Shown: positions 28,369-38,589, counted from the first letter of the stretch. The stretch is 57,414 bases of DNA from a virus (IMGVR_UViG_3300037041_002697:1-57414); one strand, 5' to 3'. Notes: generated by a model from the letters alone, not told the origin. A program made the numbers and translations.

Positions 28369-28530
28369 ATGCAACTATTACCACAAAGTTTTATCTGCTT
28401 GAAAGCCTCTGGCGGTGCTGGCCGAACGGCGGGCATTCCGAAGGCTGCTACCACCACTGGTTCCACGATTGGTCGATTAAAGCAAGTCGTTAAAAAACGA
28501 AAACAGGATGGGGTAGCGGGGAAGCGATAA
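28369..28530 (+). CDS. 53-aa basic Gly-rich peptide (absent from the ORF track)
   Basis: AGGGAG RBS; MQLLPQSFICLKASGGAGRTAG...KR; stop codon abuts the TerL ATG. Confidence 0.65.
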   Translation: MQLLPQSFICLKASGGAGRTAGIPKAATTTGSTIGRLKQVVKKRKQDGVAGKR

Positions 28531-29952
28531 ATGCGTTTCAACCTCAACACCTGGCAGGATATGTTTATCTTTTCCGATGCTAAGGATATTTGTCTGGCTG
28601 GTGAATTCGGTTCAGGTAAAACAACGGCTGCGATATTACGGTTCAATATGCTCCTGGAGAAACATCCTGGTATAATCGGGGTAATCCTGCGCAATTTTCA
28701 CCCCGATCTGGACCGTGCCACAATTCCCGATTTCCTGGAAGTGTCATTCGGAAGTCGTTTTGAAACGCCTGATAGTATTTATTACAACAGAACGAAAAAT
28801 TTTATTCGTTATCCAAACGGTTCTGAAATTTGGTTTATGGCATTAGATCGGATTGACGATATTAAAAAACTCAAAAATGTTAAAATTGGCCTGCTCTGGG
28901 CGGATCAGGCTGAGGAGATTGATCCTATAATCTGGTCAATGGCCTGCGGGCGAGTGCGTCAGGCAGGTGTGCCCAATTACATTCAGGCTACGTGCAATCC
29001 TGAAGGTGGGGATCATTATCTTCGGGAGCGTTACTTTGCGAATCCAGTCAATGTTCGGACGGAATCAGCCTTGAAAATCATCCGTGAAGCTGGTCTGGAT
29101 GTGGAAGTGCGAACCGATCTCATTAAGCATCAATTGGAATATGGTGTCTGGAAGAATGCCCGAACAGGCGCAATCGGCATCAACCCGAAGCCTCTCGAAA
29201 ATCGTGGCAACCTGCGGCCTGATTATTATTCTGATCTAATTCGGGATTTTCCAAATGAATGGGTAATTAAATACGTCTTTTCATCCTGGATTGGTCGGAC
29301 GGGAATGGTATATAATATTCATCCTGATACCTTCTTAAAGGAATTACCATTCCGTTTGGATCATGACTATTATGAACGGTTTGACGGCATGGATTTCGGT
29401 ATTTCGGATACTAATCCGATGGTTTATTTGACTTGTTTACTGTATGACGGCGTTTATTATCTAATGAACGAAATGTATCAATTCGATAGTGGGCTTGAAA
29501 AATTGGCAAATTACATTCAATCCCTGGAATTTATTCCTGTTAAGCCAACCTTTCGGGTGGGCTGTCCCCGAACATTCCAGCGCGAGAGTTCCGCCGGTGT
29601 CGCTTACGGAATGAAACTCACGCCAGCGCAAATCTTAGGGCAACAGTTCGGAGTGCATTTCGATCCGTTTCCGATTCCCCTGGACACCAGGCAGCCGATT
29701 TTACAGGCTTTATTCGATAATGGTAAGATCAAGGTAGTTAATTGTCCAAATTTGCAAAACGAATTAAACCACTACCGCTGGTCAACCATTAAACGGGCAC
29801 ACAATCACGCGATTGAAGCGATGGAACGGATGATCGCGAAACATGCCCTTTATTATACAGTCAAGAATAATTTCATCCAAAAGGTACAGGAGCGCACGAA
29901 ATTCAGGCGCGCTGGCCTGGTGGATTCGGCTTATTTTACTGATAAATATTAA
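28531..29952 (+). CDS. terL: Terminase large subunit
   Basis: GEFGSGKT, WADQAEE, TCNP, GMDFG. Confidence 0.9.
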   Translation: MRFNLNTWQDMFIFSDAKDICLAGEFGSGKTTAAILRFNMLLEKHPGIIGVILRNFHPDLDRATIPDFLEVSFGSRFETPDSIYYNRTKNFIRYPNGSEIWFMALDRIDDIKKLKNVKIGLLWADQAEEIDPIIWSMACGRVRQAGVPNYIQATCNPEGGDHYLRERYFANPVNVRTESALKIIREAGLDVEVRTDLIKHQLEYGVWKNARTGAIGINPKPLENRGNLRPDYYSDLIRDFPNEWVIKYVFSSWIGRTGMVYNIHPDTFLKELPFRLDHDYYERFDGMDFGISDTNPMVYLTCLLYDGVYYLMNEMYQFDSGLEKLANYIQSLEFIPVKPTFRVGCPRTFQRESSAGVAYGMKLTPAQILGQQFGVHFDPFPIPLDTRQPILQALFDNGKIKVVNCPNLQNELNHYRWSTIKRAHNHAIEAMERMIAKHALYYTVKNNFIQKVQERTKFRRAGLVDSAYFTDKY

Positions 29953-29955
29953 CCA

Positions 29956-32202
29956 ATGAGGAAACCCATGAATTTTTTCAATCGAAATAAATTAGAACGA
30001 ACGAAGTTGGAACTTCAAATCCAGACCTTGAAAGGCCAAATAAACGCCGTGCAGCAGATGCGGGAATTAACCTCGTATGGTGCTACTGGTATTAAAAACA
30101 TAATGGGTCAATATTTCCAAACCGATTACAATGGCATCTGGGATAACCAGACGCAACGGTATGATAAGATCGCCGAAATGAAAAATGATGCGATTATAGC
30201 TGCCTGTCTTGAGGCGATCATGTTGCCAATAATGTCCTGTCCGGTCATGGTGCAGCCCGTGAGCGAATCAAACCTGGATATGCGAATTGCAGAAGCAGTG
30301 GAAAAGCAATTATTTGAGAGTGACAAATTCACCTGGAGTGATCTGCAAAATTGGATTCTCGAAATGGTCGCCTATGGGTTTTCACTTTTTGAAAAGGTGC
30401 GCTATTTTAACCCGAAGGAACGTATCTGGATGTACGATTTGCAGCCACGTATTCAGAGTACGATTGAAGGGTGGCATCTTGACGAGAATGGCAGATTGCG
30501 GACGGTGGAACAATTCGTATACAAGAATGGTAGCTATCAGTCAGCATTTATGCCAAACGAGGCAGTCCTGCTTTTCAATATTAAACAGACAGGAAACGAT
30601 TATCGCGGTAATTCTTTACTACGCCAGATTTTCTTCAACTGGCATTCCAAAACAATCATGAATAAAATCTATACCCTAACCGTTCAGCTCTGGGGATTGA
30701 AGGCGCCAGTCATTCACCTGCCCGAAATGCAGCACGATAACGACCTGGAAAAAGCGCAAGAGGTCGCCCAGAATTGGATCTCCCACGAGTCGCAGTATAT
30801 GGTACTTCCTTACGGTTTCCAGGCCTCAACACTGGGTGATACCGGCAACATGCCTGATATTTCAAGGGCACTTGAATTTCATGACAAACAAATTGCTACG
30901 CGCTTTTTGGCAGATTTTCTCATGCTGGGCGGAGCAAAAGGCAGCTATGCCCTGAGTCGGGATAAGTCGGATTTCTTCTTAATGTCGATTCAATATATTA
31001 TCAATCGAATTGAAGACGTCCTGAGTCGTGAAACAGGCGGCAGATCCTTCATTCCAGAATTTGTCAAGCTGAATTTTGGGGAGCGTGCTGAAAGCCCAGC
31101 GGTCAAGTATTCTAAACTCATTGACATTGACTTGAACAAATTGGCCATTACGCTGGCAAGCCTGGCAGAAAAGCAGTTCATAGTTCCTACGGAAGAAATT
31201 CGTTCTTATTTGCTGGAGGCTCTCGAATTACCAACGGAACAAACGATCATTCGCCAGGCAGAGACGAAGCCCGCAATTGAAGACGAAACGCGGCCAGGTG
31301 ACCAACAGGAAGAGAAACCCGAAGGCGAAGGCGCTCAGGAAGGCGAAAATGAAGCTGAGGAAATTGAAACTCATTCGCACCATGCAGGGGAAATTCATCT
31401 CATGGATTCCCCAGACTTTACTTTCAGTCGTGAACTAACCGACCAGGAAAAAGCCGTTTCCAATCTCGAAAAAATTAAAGACGAATTAAACAAAGCGAAG
31501 GCCAATATTACCAAAATTTGTAACGATTGGCGGGCAAAGTCAACCGAAGTTCTTTGCGAGGCGGGCATAAAGTATCTGGCAAAAGGCATGCAATCGAAGG
31601 AATTTGAAGAGGCTCTCAATCAGGAATTGATTTCACAACGTTTACTAAAAAAACGCGATGTAACCCGCTTGCTTGAGGTTGAATTACTGACCTTGTATCG
31701 GTTTGGGATTCAATCTTGCATTGACGATCTGGCCAAACAGGGTATATCGGTAAACTTTATGCTGCAAGATGTAAATGAGGAAGGCAGTACCGTGGTTAAG
31801 ACCTTAGCAGCCACGATCATTTCCTTCCTGGCCGATAAGCTATTATTCAACTGGAAACTCGAATTGATTCGCCAAAAATTGTCAAATTTGGTCAATAAGG
31901 TCGGCCTCCGTTCGCTCCTGGAGAAACTTACAAAGGGTGATACGCTGCGGAAGGTAACGGAGGGTGTCCTAAAATCGTTTGGCATCGCCCGAAATTCAAC
32001 GGCTGAAAAATATGATGCTGAAATAAAAATCCTGCGATCTGAAGTAATGGACATTAGAACTTGTAAAGAGTGTCGCAAAATTGATAAAAAAATTTTTGAT
32101 TTTTCGGATGCTTTTTGGGCAGAAGTAAGAACAGGGGCGTATGCAAATTGTGAAGGGGGTTTACTTTGTCGGGGAATTAACCTTTTTGTGAAGCAGGAAT
32201 AA
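29956..32202 (+). CDS. Portal protein (DUF935/Mu gp29) fused to Mu gpF-like head morphogenesis domain
   Basis: YGFSLFEKV, GNSLLR, HDKQIA, GSYALS; C-terminal SEVMDIRTCKEC...CEGG..CRG. Confidence 0.85.
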   Translation: MRKPMNFFNRNKLERTKLELQIQTLKGQINAVQQMRELTSYGATGIKNIMGQYFQTDYNGIWDNQTQRYDKIAEMKNDAIIAACLEAIMLPIMSCPVMVQPVSESNLDMRIAEAVEKQLFESDKFTWSDLQNWILEMVAYGFSLFEKVRYFNPKERIWMYDLQPRIQSTIEGWHLDENGRLRTVEQFVYKNGSYQSAFMPNEAVLLFNIKQTGNDYRGNSLLRQIFFNWHSKTIMNKIYTLTVQLWGLKAPVIHLPEMQHDNDLEKAQEVAQNWISHESQYMVLPYGFQASTLGDTGNMPDISRALEFHDKQIATRFLADFLMLGGAKGSYALSRDKSDFFLMSIQYIINRIEDVLSRETGGRSFIPEFVKLNFGERAESPAVKYSKLIDIDLNKLAITLASLAEKQFIVPTEEIRSYLLEALELPTEQTIIRQAETKPAIEDETRPGDQQEEKPEGEGAQEGENEAEEIETHSHHAGEIHLMDSPDFTFSRELTDQEKAVSNLEKIKDELNKAKANITKICNDWRAKSTEVLCEAGIKYLAKGMQSKEFEEALNQELISQRLLKKRDVTRLLEVELLTLYRFGIQSCIDDLAKQGISVNFMLQDVNEEGSTVVKTLAATIISFLADKLLFNWKLELIRQKLSNLVNKVGLRSLLEKLTKGDTLRKVTEGVLKSFGIARNSTAEKYDAEIKILRSEVMDIRTCKECRKIDKKIFDFSDAFWAEVRTGAYANCEGGLLCRGINLFVKQE

Positions 32203-32416
32203 AGCACTTTTCCGGATGATAAAAATCACAATTTACTAAGGAAATTTTTCCAAGATCAGGCCGAAGTTCTTCAACTTCATAAACCTGGCTTTTTACTAAT
32301 TCATCAACTTTTTCAAATTGTGAACCACCTGAATATTGTACCTTTTCACCAATTTGAAATTTAGATACTGGTTTATTAGTGTTTAAATTTAGTTTCTTTT
32401 CGATGTAATTAGCCAT
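32177..32416 (-). CDS. Hypothetical SH3-like small protein
   Basis: KFQIGEKV; third gene of a minus-strand operon. Confidence 0.5.
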   Translation of the reverse strand: MANYIEKKLNLNTNKPVSKFQIGEKVQYSGGSQFEKVDELVKSQVYEVEELRPDLGKISLVNCDFYHPEKCFIPASQKG

Positions 32417-32418
32417 TT

Positions 32419-32748
32419 TTAATTCGTCTCTTTCATTAAAACCGGTAACAAATTCAGTTGAATTACCGGTAAATTTGCCTTGAAAGTTAAGCCCTTTAGC
32501 GGGCATTTTGCCGTCCAGCAGATGAAATTTCCCAGCATTCCAATGGCTTCAATTAACTCCTCATGACATTCAGGACACTGTAATTCAATGACCTGATAAA
32601 GCACCATGAACTTGCTATTTCGATAAGGAATGACAGGATCGATTTCCACTGTGCTATCACATTTCAGGCAGAATGCCGAAGTTTGATCCTTTATTACTAC
32701 TTCCTCACGCTCAAGCAAGCCACAATTAGGGCAGATAAATAATTTCAT
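32419..32748 (-). CDS. Zinc-ribbon protein
   Basis: CPNC, CLKC, CPEC, C....CP; AGGAG RBS. Confidence 0.6.
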   Translation of the reverse strand: MKLFICPNCGLLEREEVVIKDQTSAFCLKCDSTVEIDPVIPYRNSKFMVLYQVIELQCPECHEELIEAIGMLGNFICWTAKCPLKGLTFKANLPVIQLNLLPVLMKETN

Positions 32749-32764
32749 TGCGAGGTTCTCCTGT

Positions 32765-33007
32765 TTAGTTAATAATTTCACCCTTTAATTTTACTACTTG
32801 AAATTTACAATTTTCAGATTTAACTACTATTGAATGATTACGTTCAGGCGGGACAATAATTTTTAAAGTCACTGAATTTAAGTCCACTGTATACCAGGTG
32901 TTCAATTTTATATTAGTCCTTATAGTAAAGGCATTATGGTGGAGCAATTGCGCCTCAATTCGATCACCTGGAACCCATTTGTAATTTTGCATTTCTTCTA
33001 CAGTCAT
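32765..33007 (-). CDS. Hypothetical protein
   Basis: GAGGAG RBS on the minus strand. Confidence 0.6.
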   Translation of the reverse strand: MTVEEMQNYKWVPGDRIEAQLLHHNAFTIRTNIKLNTWYTVDLNSVTLKIIVPPERNHSIVVKSENCKFQVVKLKGEIIN

Positions 33008-33064
33008 GACAAATTCTCCTCATTAAATTAGTCTAAAATTAAAATAAATTTCACTTTTTTATAA

Positions 33065-33080
33065 AGCAATTATTATGCCG
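33065..33080 (-). promoter_or_regulatory. sigma54-type promoter CGGCATAATAATTGCT (leftward)
   Basis: GG-N10-GC upstream of the minus-strand operon. Confidence 0.7.
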
Positions 33081-33118
33081 GTAGGTAGTAGGATTTGGAA
33101 GCCTTGCAAATTACCTGC

Positions 33119-33156
33119 TGCTCGAAATCCGTCCACTGGTGTCCGATTTCAGGCCA
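33119..33156. promoter_or_regulatory. Two 17-bp TG-N13-CA boxes between divergent promoters
   Basis: tgctcgaaatccgtcca 33119 and tgtccgatttcaggcca 33140, 21 bp apart. Confidence 0.55.
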
Positions 33157-33229
33157 CTCACTTTCGGCCAGTGTCAGTTCAATAAAAACAACACTTAAAA
33201 TATAGGAACTTCCCTGAGTCGTTTAAATC

Positions 33230-33245
33230 TGGCTTAAAAATTGCA
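33230..33245 (+). promoter_or_regulatory. sigma54-type promoter TGGCTTAAAAATTGCA
   Basis: GG-N10-GC with TTGCA. Confidence 0.75.
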
Positions 33246-33309
33246 AGGGAATTAAACGTCTTTTACAATTAATTTCAGAATTTTGAAAAGTTAACAAAGG
33301 AGTTACATT

Positions 33310-34518
33310 ATGACAAATACCAGTATGAAAATCATTGGTCTTCAAATTGAGGGAGCCAGAGGAATCAAATTTGCAGAATTAAAGGATTTGAAACAACAGG
33401 GAATTATTAAAATCATTGGCGGAAATCGAGCAGGAAAAACCACTATTCTGGATTGCTTGACGTTTCTCTTGAAAAAGGGAGCCCAAGTTCCCGAACGTTT
33501 TGTCAATCGGGATATGGAACAGGCGAAAATAATCGGTCAGATTGGGGAATGGTGGTTGACGGAAGTTATCCGACCTGACGGTTCCACAACTTTCACGGTG
33601 CAGAATGACGCTGGCCTGAGTCCGAAAAGTCCGAAGACTTTGTTGGATTCACTGTGTAATGAATTTACCTTTGACATGATGCCTTTCGTACAAATGTCGG
33701 AAAACGATAAGATTAAACAGATCATGAAATCCCTGAAAATTGATTTTTCCGAAATTGACCGTCAGGTGATGAATGCCGAACAGGAGCGTTTGAATGCCAC
33801 TCGCCAAATGAAACGCATCGGGCAGCCCAGGGCGGTCGTATCCGCAACGCATGTCGATATTTCGGAAAGTCTGCAATTCAATGCAGAGCAGGATCGGAAG
33901 GCGAACGTTTTGAATAATTCAATGCAGGAACTTTCCCGCGTGAGTGAAAAGATTGCCGAATTGCAACGCCAGATGGCCGAATTACAAACCCGTCAGAATC
34001 ATCTTGTCAGTGAAATTCAGGTGCTTCCCAAACCTGAACCGAAGGTTGACGTGCAGCAGCGGGTGGAACAAAACAAAAAGGCTGACGAATATCAGGCCTA
34101 CCAAAAGCATCAGGCCGAATATAACGAATACCAGGTGGAGCATCAGGCAGCGGACCAGCGTATTAAAGACTTGCGGAAGTCAAAAATTGAAGCCCTGGCA
34201 GGTGCGAACCTTCCCGAAGGATTACGCCTGGAAATGACTGACGGTGGGTATACTCTCTTCCACGATGGAAGCGCGGCTGGCAATTGGTCAACTGCCGAAG
34301 CAATGTTAATTGCATTTGACCTTTTCCTGGCAGCCAAACCGCTCCTGCAAACGATCTTCATTGACCGAGCGGAGATATTCGATGATCGAACGCTCGAATT
34401 AATTGAGGAGCGTGCCCGCGTGCATAACATTCAAGTCATAATGACCATTGTGGACAATATCCCGGAAGAAAAAGTTGATGGAAATTTCTATCTGCTGGAA
34501 GGCGAATTGGTTAGTTAG
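33310..34518 (+). CDS. SMC/Rad50-like coiled-coil ATPase
   Basis: GGNRAGKTT, long coiled coil, WSTAE signature, IFIDRAE. Confidence 0.85.
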   Translation: MTNTSMKIIGLQIEGARGIKFAELKDLKQQGIIKIIGGNRAGKTTILDCLTFLLKKGAQVPERFVNRDMEQAKIIGQIGEWWLTEVIRPDGSTTFTVQNDAGLSPKSPKTLLDSLCNEFTFDMMPFVQMSENDKIKQIMKSLKIDFSEIDRQVMNAEQERLNATRQMKRIGQPRAVVSATHVDISESLQFNAEQDRKANVLNNSMQELSRVSEKIAELQRQMAELQTRQNHLVSEIQVLPKPEPKVDVQQRVEQNKKADEYQAYQKHQAEYNEYQVEHQAADQRIKDLRKSKIEALAGANLPEGLRLEMTDGGYTLFHDGSAAGNWSTAEAMLIAFDLFLAAKPLLQTIFIDRAEIFDDRTLELIEERARVHNIQVIMTIVDNIPEEKVDGNFYLLEGELVS

Positions 34519-34539
34519 TCGCGATTTCTTTTAACTCAC

Positions 34540-34572
34540 AGCCATCCTGCCCAACAGGGTGGCTTTTTTTTT
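34540..34572 (+). terminator. Rho-independent terminator
   Basis: agccatcctg / cagggtggct stem plus a long T run. Confidence 0.85.
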
Positions 34573-34581
34573 GAACTTGTT

Positions 34582-34803
34582 ATGAAAGGCTCACGAATGA
34601 AATTAATTGAATATAACGCAAAACTGCCTGTCACCTGGCGGGTGAACTGCACTTGCGGAATGCAAGCTTTCACGCAAGAACGGATTGACCTGGCAACGTT
34701 TTTTGACTTAATTGATGCTGCTGGCTGGCAATTCAGCGGACGGCGGGCGAAGTGTCCTCGGTGTATGGAAATTTTAACTAAAGCTGGAAAGGCAGGTAAA
34801 TAA
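34582..34803 (+). CDS. Small Zn-binding protein
   Basis: CTC...GW......CPRC. Confidence 0.55.
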   Translation: MKGSRMKLIEYNAKLPVTWRVNCTCGMQAFTQERIDLATFFDLIDAAGWQFSGRRAKCPRCMEILTKAGKAGK

Positions 34804-35240
34804 TGAATGAACTAACAAAAGCTGACAAGCAACAAATCGTAAATCAGGTGGTCAAAAGTTATCGGGATTTTCTAAAAGACTTTGAAACGCATTGGCAGAA
34901 TTATAAAACTGAGGCAGATTTTCCAGATTTATTAAAACCATTCTGCCAGCTTTCTTTTATAAATTTATATTTAGATTGTTGTTTATGCCCGTTAACTAAT
35001 AAGCAAATTAAAGGCACGCCTAAATATATTTATCGTTTTGACTGTCATCATGAAAAAACTTTTATCGAATTAAATAACCAGTTAAATGCCTTTTTACTGC
35101 CGATGCGAGGTTTTAATGAAGGTGGAACAATTAAATTAAAACATATTTTGCCAGATGCGAAGCGTCTGTTAAAAGCTTTTAATAGTCGATTAATCTGGTT
35201 AATTAGACGGGTTAAAATAAACGAATATGAGGTGATTTAA
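34803..35240 (+). CDS. Hypothetical protein
   Basis: TAATG coupling; Cys cluster. Confidence 0.55.
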   Translation: MNELTKADKQQIVNQVVKSYRDFLKDFETHWQNYKTEADFPDLLKPFCQLSFINLYLDCCLCPLTNKQIKGTPKYIYRFDCHHEKTFIELNNQLNAFLLPMRGFNEGGTIKLKHILPDAKRLLKAFNSRLIWLIRRVKINEYEVI

Positions 35241-35812
35241 TGTTAAGCGAAAAACTTACTTTCAGTTTACATGGTTTAGAAAAAGGCAATTCCTGGGTTA
35301 ATCATTTGAATGAAGGGCAAATTTTTAGGAATAAACTTACAGGATTTCCTAAGTTAATACTAACAAGAAACGATGAATTTCACGCCTGGTTATTAAAAAA
35401 TTTACAGGGAAAATTTCCCCGTTATGACTGCATTGATAAAATTCCTATATATCATTCAACTGATATAAGGTGTGATAGCTTTGCAAAAGAAGTACAGGTG
35501 TTTAAAATCAGGGATGAGTTTGTATACCTATTGCGTGGAACCAATGGTAGGAATGAGCTTTGGGCAGTTTATTTGAAGCCCGGCTATTATATAGCTTCTA
35601 ATAGTAATTTAAAAGGCCTGCATTATAATCGGGAAGACTGTATTTTACAAGCGTTATATAAGCTCGGAACTAATTTTTCAGGCCTGCAACAAAAGCGTGA
35701 CGACTGTTATAAATCCCGATTAGGTTGGAACCCAGAAACCAAGCAAATAAATTCAAAATTCTATCTAAATTTAGCCCGAAAATCAGATGATTATTTCAAG
35801 ATGAAAAAATAA
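35240..35812 (+). CDS. Hypothetical protein
   Basis: GAGGTG RBS; TAATG coupling. Confidence 0.6.
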   Translation: MLSEKLTFSLHGLEKGNSWVNHLNEGQIFRNKLTGFPKLILTRNDEFHAWLLKNLQGKFPRYDCIDKIPIYHSTDIRCDSFAKEVQVFKIRDEFVYLLRGTNGRNELWAVYLKPGYYIASNSNLKGLHYNREDCILQALYKLGTNFSGLQQKRDDCYKSRLGWNPETKQINSKFYLNLARKSDDYFKMKK

Positions 35813-36871
35813 AATATTTTGGTTTTTTTTCCAACATATTTGATATATTTCCAGTTTTGATCAGGCATTTCTACGGGGGGGTGTTTCGTACCATAAAAAG
35901 TCTAATATTTTCAATACTATATCTATCTCTAGATTTTTTTTTAAGGGAGGGGAAATTAAAATAGAATTGGAGTAAGGGTTTTTTGGGGAGGCCTAAAAGA
36001 AAATCTACTCATAGTTAAGTTTAATAAAAACAATAATAAAATATAAGGTACATCACCTGAATACTCTGAAATGCCCCTTTTTTGGAGAAAATTTTCGTCA
36101 ATATTTGCGATAATTTTTCCGAAAAGTTCGTCTCATTTCGCAAATGTTCTGCACTTTCCTGCAATAACTTTCACCAAAATCAGCAAAAATCAAGCCTTTT
36201 CAATTTTGAAAAATTTTTACAAAAAAATTGCTAACCCGTGTCTTAAAGTTTTGGAGGCCATTTTCGCAAGTACTGGCGAGATTTTTAGCCTAAAATCGAC
36301 TAAAAGTGGTCGAAAATCTGTGTTTCAAAATTCTGAAAAATATTTCAAGGAATGCATAAAAACAGGCATCTTGCGAGAATTACGAATTAATTGGCCTGTC
36401 AATTCGTTACAATCTGCGAAAAACTTGCAACAAGCCTGTCCGAAAACGGACGATTTCAGATTTTGCATGAACCGTAAAAAATAATCGTTTGTACGTGCTT
36501 TTATTTTTTAGAGCCTTTTTTTGGAGAATGTGTAAATCATTGCGATGGAAGGCTGACAAATTGCAGCAAATTGGCAAAAAGGCCTGACAAATGCGTTCCG
36601 AATTGGTTAATCAAAATGCCCGAAAATTGGCCCAAAAGAGGCCAAATTTTGAATGAACGTGGAAATACTTTAACCAGGCAAAGATCGTTTAAATTTGGGG
36701 CTAAAAAGTGGCAAATTTGCCTAATTTGCGAACAGGTGAAAGTCGTTTTTCAGCGCGTGAGCGGATTGCAAAAATTTTACAGGGGTTTGAATTGAGTATA
36801 CAATACTAAGAAGTAATTCAGAAGGTTTCAGGAAGCTAACAATTTGTTACTAATTTTGTAACAATTTATTA

Positions 36872-37417
36872 TTAAATTTCGATCTCACTTTGCCTTGAAC
36901 TGGCGATTGCTTGAATTTCCTTTATTGCCTCTCCATAACTGGCGAAGTATTTCCGAACGCGATACTGATTGTCGCCTTCAATTGTCAGGATGACATAAGC
37001 ATTACCTGGCACGGTTGGCCTAACCTGGCAGAGCAAATACTTTCCCGCGTAGGAGCGCATCATTTTCAGTCGATACGCAGAGCCGATATGGTTTATCACC
37101 ACCGATTGAATCGGATGGGCATGACCGGGAAATTCAATGGTTGTTAAAATTTCGTGATTAATCTTTTTCTTGAAAATAAAGCGTGTACCCGGAATTGACT
37201 GAATAAATCCTGCTTCCCAGGCCCGGTATTCAACTTTCCCAGTCCAGATGGTGCAAGCGTATGCTCGTTCACCTTGCGGGATAATCGCCTGGCAGACGCA
37301 ACAGGTTAAATCTTTGATGGCAGTCCCCAGGCCGCTGGAAGTATAAGTCCCCTTTGGTCGTTCAATAATTTGAAAAACCTTGACACAATCGGGGCAGTAA
37401 ATTTCTTTTTTGAACAT
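36872..37417 (-). CDS. Hypothetical protein with N-terminal Zn-binding motifs
   Basis: AGGAG RBS before MFKKEIYCPDC. Confidence 0.55.
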   Translation of the reverse strand: MFKKEIYCPDCVKVFQIIERPKGTYTSSGLGTAIKDLTCCVCQAIIPQGERAYACTIWTGKVEYRAWEAGFIQSIPGTRFIFKKKINHEILTTIEFPGHAHPIQSVVINHIGSAYRLKMMRSYAGKYLLCQVRPTVPGNAYVILTIEGDNQYRVRKYFASYGEAIKEIQAIASSRQSEIEI

Positions 37418-37418
37418 T

Positions 37419-37688
37419 TTAGTACTCCTTATATAAATTATGTTCACGGCAGATGTCGTCTATTTCTGGAATAGCGCGCCAGGTATAGATTTCCCCATCG
37501 GTTAAGACCTGTCTAAAATATTTTTGACCCTTTTTAATTTTCCAATTTTGACGTTTGGCTTTTACGATTTCGCGATATTCGGAAATTGTAAATTCTTCGT
37601 CTCCTAAAACATCGCGTAATCTTTCACAGGCAGCGCAGTTATAATCTTTGCGAGCCGTTGGGTAAGATTCATTAATTAATTCTGGCAT
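37419..37688 (-). CDS. Conserved phage Zn-binding protein (ARKDYNCAAC...IKKGQKY)
   Basis: Motif pattern; AGGAG RBS. Confidence 0.65.
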   Translation of the reverse strand: MPELINESYPTARKDYNCAACERLRDVLGDEEFTISEYREIVKAKRQNWKIKKGQKYFRQVLTDGEIYTWRAIPEIDDICREHNLYKEY

Positions 37689-37747
37689 GATGTTAAGTCT
37701 CCTTTAAATTTAGTTAAACTTTCCTGCTTGAATTCCTTCTTTTCGCT

Positions 37748-37763
37748 TTCAATATTTATGCCA
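37748..37763 (-). promoter_or_regulatory. sigma54-like promoter TGGCATAAATATTGAA (leftward)
   Basis: Correct spacing, TTGA variant; upstream of minus-strand genes. Confidence 0.6.
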
Positions 37764-37789
37764 CAAAATTTTCAGGAGTTGAAATTTCC

Positions 37790-37805
37790 CGGCATAAAGC
37801 TTGCA
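37790..37805 (+). promoter_or_regulatory. sigma54-type promoter CGGCATAAAGCTTGCA
   Basis: GG-N10-GC with TTGCA. Confidence 0.75.
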
Positions 37806-37859
37806 GGGGTTACGAATGCAATTGACAAATTGGAAGTTAACTTACAACAGGAGTTCATC

Positions 37860-38054
37860 ATGCACTTTCACAAAATAGCCTCGTTAAAACAAATTGAACA
37901 ATCCCGGAAGCAATTAGCAATTCATTATAATTACAAAATATCCTGCAATGGCCTGGTAATCCATCAGGAGCGATCATATCTGGCTGCTTTGCGTTTCCTG
38001 GCGGAGCTTCCAGATTTGCAGGAATACGCCATTGACTTGGAAGTAATTCGTTAA
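37860..38054 (+). CDS. Hypothetical early protein
   Basis: AGGAG RBS places the start at 37860. Confidence 0.55.
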   Translation: MHFHKIASLKQIEQSRKQLAIHYNYKISCNGLVIHQERSYLAALRFLAELPDLQEYAIDLEVIR

Positions 38055-38083
38055 TTTTTTAACTTAATAGGAGAACAAAAGCC

Positions 38084-38458
38084 ATGAATTTTTCAAACAA
38101 TTATTTTACCAGTTCATCCTGTAATGAAGTTCCTGCAGGAACAATTTTTTACTACAAATGGAATTTTTACCGAATGCAACGAATCTTGAAAGATCACATT
38201 AAAGCCTTTAATCTAAGCTCAGGCAAAGTCGAAAAGTTACACCGCTGGGAATACAATCAAACCGAAGAAAGTAAAAGGCGAAATTACGGAATTTTTACAG
38301 GCCATACTGAATATGACAAAACCGATCTTATTATAAAAACCATTCCCGCTGAAATTCTGATCCAGGCATTACGCGAAGATTCTGAATTCCAGAAAAAACT
38401 TAAAAATTTCGGCCTGAATATTAATAACATTCTTACCAACTTAGGAGAACAGCCATGA
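38084..38458 (+). CDS. Hypothetical early protein
   Basis: AGGAG RBS. Confidence 0.6.
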   Translation: MNFSNNYFTSSSCNEVPAGTIFYYKWNFYRMQRILKDHIKAFNLSSGKVEKLHRWEYNQTEESKRRNYGIFTGHTEYDKTDLIIKTIPAEILIQALREDSEFQKKLKNFGLNINNILTNLGEQP

Positions 38459-38589
38459 AAACATTTAGCATTTATTCACCATGCCATACCCGTACCTTTG
38501 GAGAAAATCTCTCCCGAAGGCAAGCGCACCACGAACTTACCCTCCTGAATGCCGTATTTCAGGGAAACGATTTCATTATTATCAAGTCC

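Noticed and set aside
28531-29952. Inactive terminase (DQ Walker B, NHAIEA nuclease motif)
   Set aside because: It is the only TerL, all other motifs are intact, and I recall DQAEE variants in related terminases; likely family variation.
33181-33200. IHF site between the enhancer boxes and the promoter
   Set aside because: Spacing does not match WATCAANNNNTTR; only AT-richness.
36071-36795. ORFs 36071-36484 and 36571-36795
   Set aside because: No RBS, composition driven by A/T tracts; treated as non-coding.
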